From positions 56,777-120,776 of the forward strand of contig CAZVLR010000001.1 in the NCBI GenBank assembly GCA_964628095.1: a DNA stretch of 64,000 nt. Reading direction: 5' to 3'. The position numbers and the translations under genes are program-made. The notes beneath the pieces were generated by a model. That model made no database searches. It saw only the letters and a program-made list of their open reading frames with translations, and had not been told where the DNA came from. Positions 46,492 through 56,451 of the stretch are shown here, in pieces (the first letter of the stretch is position 1; the number at the start of each line of letters is the position of its first letter). The DNA comes from an uncultured Candidatus Saccharibacteria bacterium (GTDB lineage: Bacteria; Patescibacteriota; Minisyncoccia; Minisyncoccales; CAZVLR01).

Positions 46492-46867
46492 ATAGGAAAA
46501 TTAAAACTAAAATAAGGGGCAAAAGCAACCAGCATAAAAAAACAATTAAGCCCCCGATAAACACTAAAATTTCGGCAATGGCGCCGATAATAATAAAAAA
46601 GGTGCGCAAAAACGCCCCGATAATCCGCGACATCATATTTAGGGTAAAGGTTTCGGCCCAGCGCTGGAGATTTAAGCCCCGGCCGTAAGAAGCCTGGTAG
46701 CGCCGCCATGGGGAAAAGAAGGTTTTTAACAGTGTGGGCAGAGAAAAATAATTCAAATTAAAGATAAGGAAATTCTTCCAGGCCTTTAAAATATCGCCGG
46801 GTGCGTTAAAAAACTGCCACTCCAAATACTGGCTAAGAATGTTTTTCTTTGGGGAGAGTTCTGCCAT
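46469..46867 (-). CDS. small membrane protein preceding the ClpC-like gene
   Basis: 132 aa with a strongly hydrophobic C-terminal half. Overlaps the ClpC-like start by 23 nt. Confidence 0.4.
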   Translation of the reverse strand: MAELSPKKNILSQYLEWQFFNAPGDILKAWKNFLIFNLNYFSLPTLLKTFFSPWRRYQASYGRGLNLQRWAETFTLNMMSRIIGAFLRTFFIIIGAIAEILVFIGGLIVFLCWLLLPLILVLIFLYGFKLLF

Positions 46868-46941
46868 TGGTTTATTATATCAAAAGCCAAATCTTTGAGC
46901 AAAACATTTGGAGGATAGAGAAAATCGTATATAATTAAGTA

Positions 46942-49005
46942 ATGCGAATATTTGAATTCCATTTTAATCCCAAAGCTAAAACCGAAATGATTTTCGACAG
47001 CTTTTGCTACGAGCCTGAAAACCTGTACGAAAAAAAACTCGGTTCGCTTTATCTGGCCGGCGAGTTAAAAAATGCCCTGCCCCAGAATAATAAGTTTTTG
47101 GATCATCTGTCCGAATTCCTAAAAAAAGAGTTTTATTCTTCCATCAAAAGATCTTCTGAAAACTCCTTAAAGGACAGCTTAAAAAAAAGCAACGCTTATC
47201 TGGGAGAAATTGGCAAAAAAGGCGACGTTTCGTGGCTGGGCAATCTAAGCTTGGCGGTTTTGAACTTTAAGGATTACAATTTGAACTTTGCCAAGGTAGG
47301 CGATTTTAAAATCGTGCTTTTAAGGTCGGGCCAGATAATCGATATTGGCAAAAGCCTGGATTTGGCCGAAATCGAGCCCTACCCCGTAAAAATCTTTGGC
47401 AATATTTTAACGGGAAAGCTGGCGGAAAAAGACGTGGTGCTGGTGATGACCAAAAACATTTTCTCGCTTTTTTCCCAGGGGGCCAGAATAAAAAGAATTT
47501 CCAAAGAAACCAATAAAAAAGAAAAGGTTTACCTGCCCAGCATTCTTGAAAAAGTGGCGAGATTAGCCGCCTTTGAAAGCAAGGAAAACCCCTTTTCAGA
47601 AAAAAAGCTCAAGGAAATATTAAAAAACAAGGAAAAAGAGCTCTTAATAAATTCCGGGCTTTGCTTGATTTGCTATTTAACAAAAGAGCAGGAAAACAAA
47701 AAATCAAAGCCCTTTACCTACCAAAAAGAACTGGAAAGGTTTTCCCCGATAAGGGCGGTTCAAAATATCTTCTCCCCTGTTCTTTCAAAAATTACCCCTT
47801 GGCTAAAAAAGCTCAAGGATTTTATCAAAAAACAGCCCTTTAAAAAAGAAAGCAAAGAAACGCCAAAGGAACAGCAAAAATTAAAGCTGGCTTCCCCCAG
47901 AATTATTTTTAAAAAACCCCATCTTAGTTTTCCTGAAAAAATCAGGAAAAACGCCATACTACTGTCTTTGTTTATTTTAATCCTAGCTGCTGGCTTCTTT
48001 ATTTTCAAAAAAGAAGAGCAAAGCCGACTGGAAGAATACCGGGCCACCTTAAACAGTATCCGCCAGGATGTTGATAAGGGCGAAAGCTATCTGATCCTTA
48101 GCGAAAACAAAAAGGCTTTTGATCTGTTTAAAAAGCTATTAGAAGATATCGTGCCTTTAAAAAATGAGAAGAAAATCCAAAAAGAAGCTTTAGAGCTTGA
48201 AAGCATAATTGAAAAAAACCTTAAGGAAATAAGTAAATTTACCGTGCTGGAAAATCCTAAGCTCTTTTACGAATTCAACGCCCAGGAATTCATCCCGCAA
48301 AAAATCGCCTACTTTAAGGGCGCCCTGTATGTATTCAGCCCGGTGAACGAGAATGTGTATAAAATAAGCCAGCAAAAAGATCAAACGAAAATTGAAATGA
48401 AGGAATTGCTCAGCGACGCCGCCGGCCTTGATAACTCCCTGGTTTTCCTTAAAAAACCGAATTCGGTGTATCTTTTGGAAAACGATAAGTTTGATATAAA
48501 CTACGTTTTAAACGACCCCTACCCTGATTTTACTCTTAAAAAAATCGTGGCTTTTGGCTCTAATCTTTACGCTTTTGACGAAAAAAACGGCGAGGTGATA
48601 AAATACCCGGGCCCCTTAAAAGAAGGCAAAGACACGCCGCAAATCTGGCTAGAGGTTGCCGGTCCCAAAGCCAAAGAAGGATTATCCATGGCGATCGATA
48701 CTTCTGTTTGGATTTTAAACAAAGACAACACTATTTCGCGGTATTACAAAGGAGCTTTGAAAGAAAAATTTGAACCGAGCATTTTTCCTTATCCCAAGGG
48801 CTTTTCTGAAATTACCCTTTCAACCAATTACGTTTATCTGCTCGAACCCGGCCAAAAAAGAGTTGTGATTTTAAACAAAGCCGGACAGGTTGTTAAGCAG
48901 TTCCAAAGCGAAAAATTCGACAACATTAAAGATTTTACCGTTTCAGCAAACGGTACCGTCTGGCTGTTAAACGGCACCCAAATTTACCAGCTGCCGCTCT
49001 TTTAA
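46942..49005 (+). CDS. large hypothetical membrane protein (possible degenerate PP2C-like N-terminal domain)
   Basis: 687 aa. Central TM (ILLSLFILILAAGFFIF). N-terminal AKVGDFKIVLLRSGQI is loosely PP2C-like but lacks the DGMGG metal-binding block. Confidence 0.45.
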   Translation: MRIFEFHFNPKAKTEMIFDSFCYEPENLYEKKLGSLYLAGELKNALPQNNKFLDHLSEFLKKEFYSSIKRSSENSLKDSLKKSNAYLGEIGKKGDVSWLGNLSLAVLNFKDYNLNFAKVGDFKIVLLRSGQIIDIGKSLDLAEIEPYPVKIFGNILTGKLAEKDVVLVMTKNIFSLFSQGARIKRISKETNKKEKVYLPSILEKVARLAAFESKENPFSEKKLKEILKNKEKELLINSGLCLICYLTKEQENKKSKPFTYQKELERFSPIRAVQNIFSPVLSKITPWLKKLKDFIKKQPFKKESKETPKEQQKLKLASPRIIFKKPHLSFPEKIRKNAILLSLFILILAAGFFIFKKEEQSRLEEYRATLNSIRQDVDKGESYLILSENKKAFDLFKKLLEDIVPLKNEKKIQKEALELESIIEKNLKEISKFTVLENPKLFYEFNAQEFIPQKIAYFKGALYVFSPVNENVYKISQQKDQTKIEMKELLSDAAGLDNSLVFLKKPNSVYLLENDKFDINYVLNDPYPDFTLKKIVAFGSNLYAFDEKNGEVIKYPGPLKEGKDTPQIWLEVAGPKAKEGLSMAIDTSVWILNKDNTISRYYKGALKEKFEPSIFPYPKGFSEITLSTNYVYLLEPGQKRVVILNKAGQVVKQFQSEKFDNIKDFTVSANGTVWLLNGTQIYQLPLF

Positions 49006-49012
49006 GCCAAAA

Positions 49013-49039
49013 GAAAAACCGGCGATTATCGCCGGTTTT
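49013..49039. terminator. bidirectional rho-independent terminator between the 687-aa gene and rplL
   Basis: AAAAACCGGCGAT-t-ATCGCCGGTTTTT perfect palindrome with flanking A-runs and T-runs. Confidence 0.65.
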
Positions 49040-49056
49040 TCTTTTTAGAGTAATAA

Positions 49057-49458
49057 TTATTTTAACTCTACCTTGGCGCCTGCGGCTTCGAACTTCTTTT
49101 TAATGTCTTCCGCCTCTTCTTTCTTGGCGTTTTCTTTTACCATCTGGGGGGCGGCCACGGCGGCGTCAACCAAGTCTTTGGCCTCTTTTAGGCCTTTTTG
49201 GGTGACATCCCGGACCACCTTGATCACTTCGATCTTTTTGTCGCCCACAGATGCCAAAACCACGTTAAAGCTGGATTTTTCCTCAACCGCTTCGGCAACG
49301 GCTGCGGGGGCGGCCATTACGGGAGCGGCCGCTGAAACGCCGAATTTCTTTTCGAGAATTTTAACCAGCTCGGCTAAATCTAAAACCGACATTTCTTCGA
49401 TTTTTTTAACCAGTTCCTCGAATTTTTTAGGAACTTCGATTTTTTCTTCGTCTGCCAT
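49057..49458 (-). CDS. rplL: 50S ribosomal protein L7/L12
   Basis: N-terminal dimerization/L10-binding region, Ala-rich hinge, and C-terminal [13 protein letters not shown]. Confidence 0.9.
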   Translation of the reverse strand: MADEEKIEVPKKFEELVKKIEEMSVLDLAELVKILEKKFGVSAAAPVMAAPAAVAEAVEEKSSFNVVLASVGDKKIEVIKVVRDVTQKGLKEAKDLVDAAVAAPQMVKENAKKEEAEDIKKKFEAAGAKVELK

Positions 49459-49487
49459 ATGTTTGTTTTTTTTATTTATTTAATTAT

Positions 49488-50006
49488 TTATTTTTTATTG
49501 CTTATGGCGTTTAAAGCCAATACCAGACCTTTAATATTTCCCTGTAATACGTTCAAAAATCCTGAAACGGGCGAAGACATGCTGCCCAGCATTTTGGCCA
49601 GCAGCTCTTCTCTTGAAGGCAGTTGGGCCAAAAATATAATATCTTGGGCGCTCTTTAGCTGGTTCTCCATAAAACCCCCCAGAATTTTGAAATTGGGATT
49701 ATTTTTTGAAAATTGGTAAGCGATTTTAGCCGGTAAAATTTGGTCCTGATAGCCGAAAATCAAAGCGATTTCGCCCGAAAGCTTTTTGGCGGCCACCTCA
49801 ATCTTGTTTTCTTTAAAGGCCACGTCCATTAAGGTTTTCTTGGAAATTTTAATTTCGTTCTTGGAACCCTTAAGCTCTTTTCTTAATAAAGACAAATCTT
49901 TTACCTTCAAGCCCGTAAAGTCGGCAAAGATCACCAGTTTTTGCCGGGCTAATTTGTCCTTTAAATCCTTGATAATGCTTTGCTTTTGTGTTTTGGTTAA
50001 TGCCAT
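49488..50006 (-). CDS. rplJ: 50S ribosomal protein L10
   Basis: MALTKTQKQSIIKDLKDKLARQKLVIFADFTGLKVKDLSLLRKEL. Confidence 0.9.
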   Translation of the reverse strand: MALTKTQKQSIIKDLKDKLARQKLVIFADFTGLKVKDLSLLRKELKGSKNEIKISKKTLMDVAFKENKIEVAAKKLSGEIALIFGYQDQILPAKIAYQFSKNNPNFKILGGFMENQLKSAQDIIFLAQLPSREELLAKMLGSMSSPVSGFLNVLQGNIKGLVLALNAISNKK

Positions 50007-50161
50007 AAAAAAAGTCTGCTTCCGCAGACAAAAATGAAATTACAGACTGGTTCTGTATATTTTATCCTCGGCAGGTCTTACAAAACGCCTGCTTTCTGCG
50101 GATTAAAGCTGATATTTAATTGATATCTTATCTTAAGCTGTTCTTAAAAAGATGTCAACCC
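50007..50161 (-). promoter_or_regulatory. possible structured L10 (rplJ) leader
   Basis: 155-nt untranslated region upstream of rplJ. It contains hairpins (e.g. GTCTGCTTCCGCAGAC), which is unusually long for this compact genome. Confidence 0.3.
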
Positions 50162-51301
50162 CTACTGCTCAATGCACAAAAGCTTGGACGGCTGATCGCA
50201 GGACTTTCCAACGGTAACCACAAAGCGCTTGGAAGGGTCTTCCCCAGCCACGCCCGAAGCCAAAGCGCCCAAACCAACCGCGGAAAGGCGCTTGCCTTGA
50301 GCCGTATAACATTCAGGATAGCTGGTAGTTTGGCCGACCGCAGGCGGATAACCCGGAATATTCCTGGACTCCGTGGTCCAATTTTGGCAAGTAGTAGTAA
50401 AACTGTATGATTCTGAAAGATTTAAGGGTACATAGCGCAAAGAAAGAGTGGTGCATTCCCGCTTGCTTTCCTTTGATATTCTTCCCAGCCAAAGATTGCT
50501 CATGTCGTCAAAATATTGGTTATTCAGTATTTTAAGATTAATAACATAAGAATTGGTTAATAGCTTTAAAAAAGAATTGGCGTCCTTTCCTAAAAGCCGA
50601 TGGCAGGTTTTTCCTTCAACAACCGAAGTTTCTGCTTTGGCATCGATAAAAATGCCTTCTAAATTAAGCCGGTCGGTGGCCAGCTTCTGGTCATCTCCCA
50701 AAAAAGCTTTCCAGGTGCCGCCATAATCCAGCTTTTCTGCTTCATCTTGGCATTTACGATCCGCCCCTTCCAAACCCTCTAAATTACCATTGTAACTGCC
50801 CTGGGTTACAAACACCTTTTTCAATTCTGGATAATCGCTGGGCAAATAGGGCCATTCGTTATTCTTTGATAAGGTATCACAAGAGGCAAACTTAGGCCCG
50901 GCAATCGTAAAATAATCGGTGGAATAACTTATCTTCTTTCCCTCCTGCCATGGATATTCATAAATGGCGATTTTGTAATCCTGATCGTAATCTTCGCCCG
51001 CATTCTCCCAAACAAAAACCGAGTAATCGAACTTTCTCTTGCTGGCTGGAATATCCGAGGCAATCACCTTAATTTCTTTCTGGTCCCGGCCCTTTACCAG
51101 CATAATACCAATATTCCCGATGTTTCTGGCGTCCCAGGTAATCTGATAGGTTTTTCCCGCCTGAAAAACCTCTCCCCCTTTGGGCGAAGTTATTTCCAGC
51201 ATTTGCTCTACAAAGTAACGGTTGTAAATCCAAAAACCCAAGAGCGCTAAAAAAATTGTGGCGCCAACGATAATTAAAATGATTTTTGTTTTCTTTTCCA
51301 T
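50162..51301 (-). CDS. membrane-anchored hypothetical protein
   Basis: N-terminal TM (IILIIVGATIFLALLGFWIY). Length 379 aa. Confidence 0.45.
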   Translation of the reverse strand: MEKKTKIILIIVGATIFLALLGFWIYNRYFVEQMLEITSPKGGEVFQAGKTYQITWDARNIGNIGIMLVKGRDQKEIKVIASDIPASKRKFDYSVFVWENAGEDYDQDYKIAIYEYPWQEGKKISYSTDYFTIAGPKFASCDTLSKNNEWPYLPSDYPELKKVFVTQGSYNGNLEGLEGADRKCQDEAEKLDYGGTWKAFLGDDQKLATDRLNLEGIFIDAKAETSVVEGKTCHRLLGKDANSFLKLLTNSYVINLKILNNQYFDDMSNLWLGRISKESKRECTTLSLRYVPLNLSESYSFTTTCQNWTTESRNIPGYPPAVGQTTSYPECYTAQGKRLSAVGLGALASGVAGEDPSKRFVVTVGKSCDQPSKLLCIEQ

Positions 51302-51324
51302 TAGAATTTAAATTATTTTATTAA

Positions 51325-52008
51325 TTATTTAAAAGATTCTATAATTGCTTTGGCAAACTGCTCAGCCGCTTCCGGACCGTTGGCGGTAACAATATTATTA
51401 TCAACCACTACCGCACTGTTTTGATAAACAGCTCCGTTGGCTTCCAAAGTTTTAACCGCTGACCCATCTAGAGAACTGGACCAAACTGTAGCATTTTTCC
51501 CTTTTAACAAACCGGCTTTAGCTAAAATTGTGGGCGCAATGCAAATGGCGGCTAAAGTTTTCCCCTGACTTAAAGTTTCTTTAGCGATATTATATGAAAT
51601 TTGATTATCAAGATACTGCAAAGCGCCCGGGCCGCCAATAAAAACAACTGCATCAAAATCGGCTACGTTCAGATCCGATAAAACTATTTGAACCTGGGCT
51701 TCTCCTCCGTCGGCCCCCAGAGCCGCACCCAATTTAGTCGAAACAGTAGTAATTTGCGCGCCGGACTTTTCCAAGTTTTCTTTGGTAACAAAATATTCGG
51801 CGTCCCGGTAGTTTTTCCAGGCAATAATCATGGCGATTTTCTTTCCCTCAAATGGCATAGTATTTTCTTTGGCTTTATTATTCTCCTGCTGTAAAGATTG
51901 CGAAATCTGCTCCCCTGTTTTATCTCCAACATTCTTTTGCAAAACAAAAACTCCCGCTATTACTATAATAATAACAACTATTAAAATATATGGCAAAAGC
52001 TTGTTCAT
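51325..52008 (-). CDS. DJ-1/PfpI family protein (membrane-anchored or secreted)
   Basis: AICIAP nucleophile-elbow-like motif and FIGGPG are present. N-terminal TM. Confidence 0.6.
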   Translation of the reverse strand: MNKLLPYILIVVIIIVIAGVFVLQKNVGDKTGEQISQSLQQENNKAKENTMPFEGKKIAMIIAWKNYRDAEYFVTKENLEKSGAQITTVSTKLGAALGADGGEAQVQIVLSDLNVADFDAVVFIGGPGALQYLDNQISYNIAKETLSQGKTLAAICIAPTILAKAGLLKGKNATVWSSSLDGSAVKTLEANGAVYQNSAVVVDNNIVTANGPEAAEQFAKAIIESFK

Positions 52009-52011
52009 GTT

Positions 52012-53064
52012 TTAGTTATTGTTTAAGTATTTATCCTGGGCCGCCTGGTGCTCTTTATAAGTTTTGCTAAAAATAGTCTGGCCTTGGGGAGTAGATAAGT
52101 AAAACCAATAGTCGCTACTTTTAGGATATAACGCGGCTTTTATGCTTTCAAGCCCGGGGCTGGCAATCGGGCCCAGAGGCAGGCCTTTGTATTTATAAGT
52201 GTTATAGGGCGAGTCGATCTGGGTTTCCAAAATCGATATGTTAGCGTTGTTTTTATTGGTAATGTAGTTGACGGTCGAACAAAGTTGCAGCGGCATGCCG
52301 GCTTTTAACCTTTTCCATAAAAGACCCGAAACCAATTCTTTGTCTTTTACCGTCATCACCTCCCTTTCAATCAAAGAAGCCATGGTAATTATCTCAAAAT
52401 AAGATTTGCCCTGCTTTTTAATTTCCGCTTTTAATTCCGGCGTTAACTTTTCATCCAGATTTTTAATCATTAATCTCACAATGTTTTCCAATTTCTCCCC
52501 CTTTTTTATCTTGTAGGTATCGGGAAACAAATAGCCTTCTAAGGTAACGTTCTGTGGTTTGTCTTTTAAAATGTCGAATTCCTGGCTAAGGTCCTGGGGT
52601 TTTGGCGCATCGGTTTTTTTTGAATAATCAGTTAAAGGATAGCCGGTTATTTCAAAAAGCTCTTCTGATTGAAACAGGCCCCTTTGCTCAAGATAAGAGG
52701 CAATATCCCTTAAATCCCAGCCTTCGATAATAGTAATAGTTTCTGTCGCCACTTCGCCCCCGGCGATTTTATATACAATTTCAGGAACATTCATTGAAGG
52801 AGAAATTTCATAATCTCCGGCTTTTAATTCTTTGGCTTTACCCGAAATTAAAACATAAACCTGGAAAAACAGCGCCTGTTTTATCAAGCCCTCCTTTTCC
52901 AAGTTTTTGGCAATTTCTGTTCCGCCTTCGCCCTTTTTAACGGAAAATGATTTAAAACCGATATCGTTGGGATTTTTAGCCTGGTAAATCCCCTGCCAGA
53001 AATAAGAAAAAGACAGCACTAAAATAGCTATTAAAATAAAAATGGGGATGAAAGCTTTTTTCAT
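52012..53064 (-). CDS. mltG: endolytic murein transglycosylase MltG (YceG-like)
   Basis: N-terminal TM. Conserved YKGLPLGPIASPGLESIKAAL...YWFYL region. Confidence 0.8.
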   Translation of the reverse strand: MKKAFIPIFILIAILVLSFSYFWQGIYQAKNPNDIGFKSFSVKKGEGGTEIAKNLEKEGLIKQALFFQVYVLISGKAKELKAGDYEISPSMNVPEIVYKIAGGEVATETITIIEGWDLRDIASYLEQRGLFQSEELFEITGYPLTDYSKKTDAPKPQDLSQEFDILKDKPQNVTLEGYLFPDTYKIKKGEKLENIVRLMIKNLDEKLTPELKAEIKKQGKSYFEIITMASLIEREVMTVKDKELVSGLLWKRLKAGMPLQLCSTVNYITNKNNANISILETQIDSPYNTYKYKGLPLGPIASPGLESIKAALYPKSSDYWFYLSTPQGQTIFSKTYKEHQAAQDKYLNNN

Positions 53065-53072
53065 TTAAATTA

Positions 53073-53750
53073 TTATTTGTGGGTTAGGGGCACAAAAACA
53101 AAGCCAGGATATTCGATTTTTTCAAAACCGGCCTGATTGGTGAACTTTTCCAAAAAAGAGGATTTTTTAACAAAAAGCCAAATAGAGCTACTAATGGGCG
53201 CCACAACCCGCCCCCGATCTTTTAACTGCTCCTGCCAAGCCAAAGGCAAGCTTTGTTTTGAAGAAATACTGGCCGAGCATAAAATTTTATCGTAGGGCGC
53301 CAAATTTTGATAACCCTTGGAACCGTCGATGCAAAGCGGCTCCACTATTTTTTTATCTATAAAGCCATATTTGTTAATATTGTTCTTGCCAAACTCCGAT
53401 AATTCCGGAATTATCTCAACCGAAACCACCTTGCCCTTTTCCCCCACAATTTCAGCCAAAAGCGCGCTGGTCCAGCCCGAACCGGAACCCACGTCCAAAA
53501 TCTTATCCCCTTCTTCGGGTTTTAACAATTCCAGCATAAAAGCCACCACCAAGGGCTGGGAAATGGTTTGCCCAAAGCCAATGGGCAAAGCCGTATTGGC
53601 TTCAGCCATGTCTCTCATTTCCTGGGTTAAAAAATCAACCCTTTTTATTTTCTTAAAAGCCTGGATGATTCTCGGTGTTTTTAACCAGTCTTCTTGAATT
53701 AGGCTATCGATAAGCAACATATGTTTATTATAACAAAAAAACCTGCCCAT
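53073..53750 (-). CDS. pcm: protein-L-isoaspartate O-methyltransferase
   Basis: ILDVGSGSGWTSALLAE, ISQP and VEIIPEL motifs. Confidence 0.85.
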   Translation of the reverse strand: MGRFFCYNKHMLLIDSLIQEDWLKTPRIIQAFKKIKRVDFLTQEMRDMAEANTALPIGFGQTISQPLVVAFMLELLKPEEGDKILDVGSGSGWTSALLAEIVGEKGKVVSVEIIPELSEFGKNNINKYGFIDKKIVEPLCIDGSKGYQNLAPYDKILCSASISSKQSLPLAWQEQLKDRGRVVAPISSSIWLFVKKSSFLEKFTNQAGFEKIEYPGFVFVPLTHK

Positions 53751-53784
53751 TGGCAGGCTTTAAAAGAAAAATGCGTTCAATTGC

Positions 53785-54891
53785 TTAACCGGCCCAATAA
53801 TTATTCACAAATAGAATTATATACAGGGCTAAAAGCAGAATTGAAATAATAATCCAGGACATTTTAAGGTATTCGTTCTTAATTTTAGCCAGTATAATAT
53901 AAATTGGAAACAAAACTAAAATATAGCGGTTAATGCTCATTAAGGTGCCCGAGCTCAAGGCAATAGCTACAGTAGAAAGCATGTAAATGCCATAAGACGC
54001 CCTTAACTTTTTAAAAACAAAGAAGATTATTAAAAGAATAAAGGCAACGAAAAAAGCGTCCAAGCAAAAATTAGTTATGGCCGAACTGCTGAAAAACTTA
54101 AAGTGCTCTTTGTTAAGATTAAAGAACCTCCCCCACCAGGCTTCCACCCAAAAAAATAAAAAGAAGTTTTTGAATTTTAGGTAATGGTAAATAAAAAACG
54201 AAAAAAGCCCCAAAGGAATTAAAAAAAGCGGCAGAATTTTCCTGTTTAGCGCTTCTTTTATTTTAAAGTTATAAACTTTCAAATACTCCCAAAGTACCGG
54301 TAAAAACAGCAAAACGCCGGTTACCCTGGATAGCGAACTTAATAAGCCAAAAACGCCGGCCCAGAAAAACTTTTTCTTTAGAGAATAATAAAAGGTGGCC
54401 AAAGAAAGGAAGAGAAACAAGGATTCGGTATAAACGGCGTTTAAGAAAAAAGCGGCCGGGAAAATAAGCAAAAAGAAGATGGGCAAATAGGGATCGACCT
54501 CGGAATGGAATTCCTTAGTTATTTTATAAAGATAAACCAGGGATAAAAACAGAAAAATTACGCTGATCAGCCAGCCGGCCAAAATATAATTACCTAGAGT
54601 AAAAAAAGAAACTACCTTGATCAAAAAGGGATATAAAGGAAAAAAGACTATATTGGACAGCTTTTCAACCCCCTTGTAAGAATAGCCGTTTTGGGCGATA
54701 TCCAAATACCAAAAAGAATCCCATTTGGCGTGAAGGAAAACCGGATTCCAGGTTTTTTCCTGAAAGAATTTAGCCGGATCAATCCAGTTATAAGCCTGAT
54801 CGCCAACAAGATTTAAACGGTTAAGCGCCAATAAACCGAATAAATTAACAACAACCAACCAAAATAATAAAATTAAGGCTATTTTTTTCAT
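53785..54891 (-). CDS. polytopic membrane protein, GT-C type glycosyltransferase-like (PIG-V/mannosyltransferase-like)
   Basis: At least 9 TM helices. HAKWDSFWYLDIAQNGY resembles the PIG-V/DUF2029 signature. Confidence 0.4.
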   Translation of the reverse strand: MKKIALILLFWLVVVNLFGLLALNRLNLVGDQAYNWIDPAKFFQEKTWNPVFLHAKWDSFWYLDIAQNGYSYKGVEKLSNIVFFPLYPFLIKVVSFFTLGNYILAGWLISVIFLFLSLVYLYKITKEFHSEVDPYLPIFFLLIFPAAFFLNAVYTESLFLFLSLATFYYSLKKKFFWAGVFGLLSSLSRVTGVLLFLPVLWEYLKVYNFKIKEALNRKILPLFLIPLGLFSFFIYHYLKFKNFFLFFWVEAWWGRFFNLNKEHFKFFSSSAITNFCLDAFFVAFILLIIFFVFKKLRASYGIYMLSTVAIALSSGTLMSINRYILVLFPIYIILAKIKNEYLKMSWIIISILLLALYIILFVNNYWAG

Positions 54892-55163
54892 TAACTTTTT
54901 CTATAAAATTTCCTTAGCCACCACTTTTTAAAAAGAGGAACGGTTAAGGTGGAAACAACAAAGGCAATTGCCGGAACAATGGCATTAATAAATGGTTTGG
55001 GCAATCGCGCAAAAAAGAAGAATATTACGATAACGATATAAGTAAAAAGCAGAATAATAACTTTTCTCGTCCAGCTTGTTTCCCAGGCCTTATCCGCTTC
55101 CACCCGCTGATTCCGCTTTTTAATCTCGTTTATTTCCAATTGTAGTTCTTCAATTGAGGGCAT
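54891..55163 (-). CDS. small two-TM protein
   Basis: 90 aa. A charged N-terminal helix, then two hydrophobic stretches. Confidence 0.4.
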   Translation of the reverse strand: MPSIEELQLEINEIKKRNQRVEADKAWETSWTRKVIILLFTYIVIVIFFFFARLPKPFINAIVPAIAFVVSTLTVPLFKKWWLRKFYRKS

Positions 55164-55188
55164 AATTAATTTTTATTAAAATAATAAA

Positions 55189-56451
55189 TTACTTTTCTAG
55201 CTCAATAATTACAATTTCTTCAGCCTCATCAAATTTTGAAGGCAACCGGCGAATTTTAACGGCTAAAGCTTTTCCATCCGGACTAAAGCCAAAAGTGGCT
55301 ACGGTTATGCCGCTCAGAGAATACTCTTGATAGCCTGGCACATTAAAATGACTTAACCTCTGCTGATTTGAGCCGTCGGCATCCATAATCCAAAAATCGG
55401 AACGCAAATTATCGCCTACAATATCGCCGTTCTTATCCCGATTTTGAGCCGTATCCTGGCTGGACATAAAAACGATTTTTTGGCCATCTGGTGAAAATTT
55501 AGCAAATTCATCCCATTCCAATGGCGTATTGGTTAATCTAGTAACTTTTTGCGTCTTTAAATCATAGAAAAATTCATCCAAGGCCGTTAACTTTGAATAG
55601 TAAGTTTTCTTATTTTTATCTTCCGGAAAGGCTGAATAGATTATTTTTGAATTGTCAGGTGAAAACCCATTAGTTTCATAAAACTGCATATTGCCCGGTT
55701 TAACCTCAATTATATTTGTAAGCTTCGGCTCTCCGTTTTCCACCATAAAATCAGCAACTTTCATTACCCAACTGCCCCAGGATTCCGGATCGTAGCTGAC
55801 TTTTTCCGCCCAGAGAATTTTTTTGCCGTCATAGGAAAATTTTGGATGAAGCACTCCCATGCGGGCAGCCACCTGGGTTATTTGCCAAAATTGTGATCCA
55901 TCGGCATTGGTTATCCAAAGATTGTTATTCAGCCCGCCGCCCGGAGTCCTGGCAAAGCGTTCTAGAATTTTTAATTTAGAAAATAATTCAGTATCCTCTG
56001 ATTGAAAAGCGATAAATTTACCGGAAGGATGCCAACTAGGATTGCCATTCATCCCTTGCGGTATATTGGATTTATTGCAAGTTAGGCATTTTTCATTCAT
56101 TCCATCTAGATTAATCGTCCAAATATCATAATTGCCGTCTTTCTCCTTACGATCAAAAGCAATGATATTATTCGGTCCCCATTCTACCCGTCCGCCTTTA
56201 TTAGTTAAGGTTCTGACATTTTTAACCTTATAAGTTGTTGAGTCGGGAAAATTTTTTCCGTTATTGGCGTTGCAATCAATCGAACAGCTTCCATTTTTTT
56301 GTTCCCATTTTTGGCAAATACTATCACCACATTTGGATTTTTGATAATTTTTTAGCAATATAAAGCCAATTACTAATAAAATTATAACTATCAAGACAAT
56401 AATTAAAAGTTTTTTGTTTGCCATATATTTAAAATTATTTTTCAAACTCAA
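55189..56451 (-). CDS. TM-anchored PD40/TolB-like beta-propeller protein with N-proximal 4-Cys motif (paralog family member 1)
   Basis: TM (LLIIVLIVIILLVIGFILL), followed by CGDSICQKWEQKNGSCSIDCNANNG. PD40-type repeats (GNPSWHPSGKFIAFQ, WITNADGSQFWQIT, FSPDG). Confidence 0.7.
   Translation of the reverse strand: MSLKNNFKYMANKKLLIIVLIVIILLVIGFILLKNYQKSKCGDSICQKWEQKNGSCSIDCNANNGKNFPDSTTYKVKNVRTLTNKGGRVEWGPNNIIAFDRKEKDGNYDIWTINLDGMNEKCLTCNKSNIPQGMNGNPSWHPSGKFIAFQSEDTELFSKLKILERFARTPGGGLNNNLWITNADGSQFWQITQVAARMGVLHPKFSYDGKKILWAEKVSYDPESWGSWVMKVADFMVENGEPKLTNIIEVKPGNMQFYETNGFSPDNSKIIYSAFPEDKNKKTYYSKLTALDEFFYDLKTQKVTRLTNTPLEWDEFAKFSPDGQKIVFMSSQDTAQNRDKNGDIVGDNLRSDFWIMDADGSNQQRLSHFNVPGYQEYSLSGITVATFGFSPDGKALAVKIRRLPSKFDEAEEIVIIELEK

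Noticed and set aside
46368-46709. 113-aa minus-strand ORF.
   Set aside because: It overlaps the more plausible 132-aa membrane-protein ORF (46469..46867) in another frame. Its product is Arg, Phe and Tyr-rich and non-membrane, so it is likely spurious.
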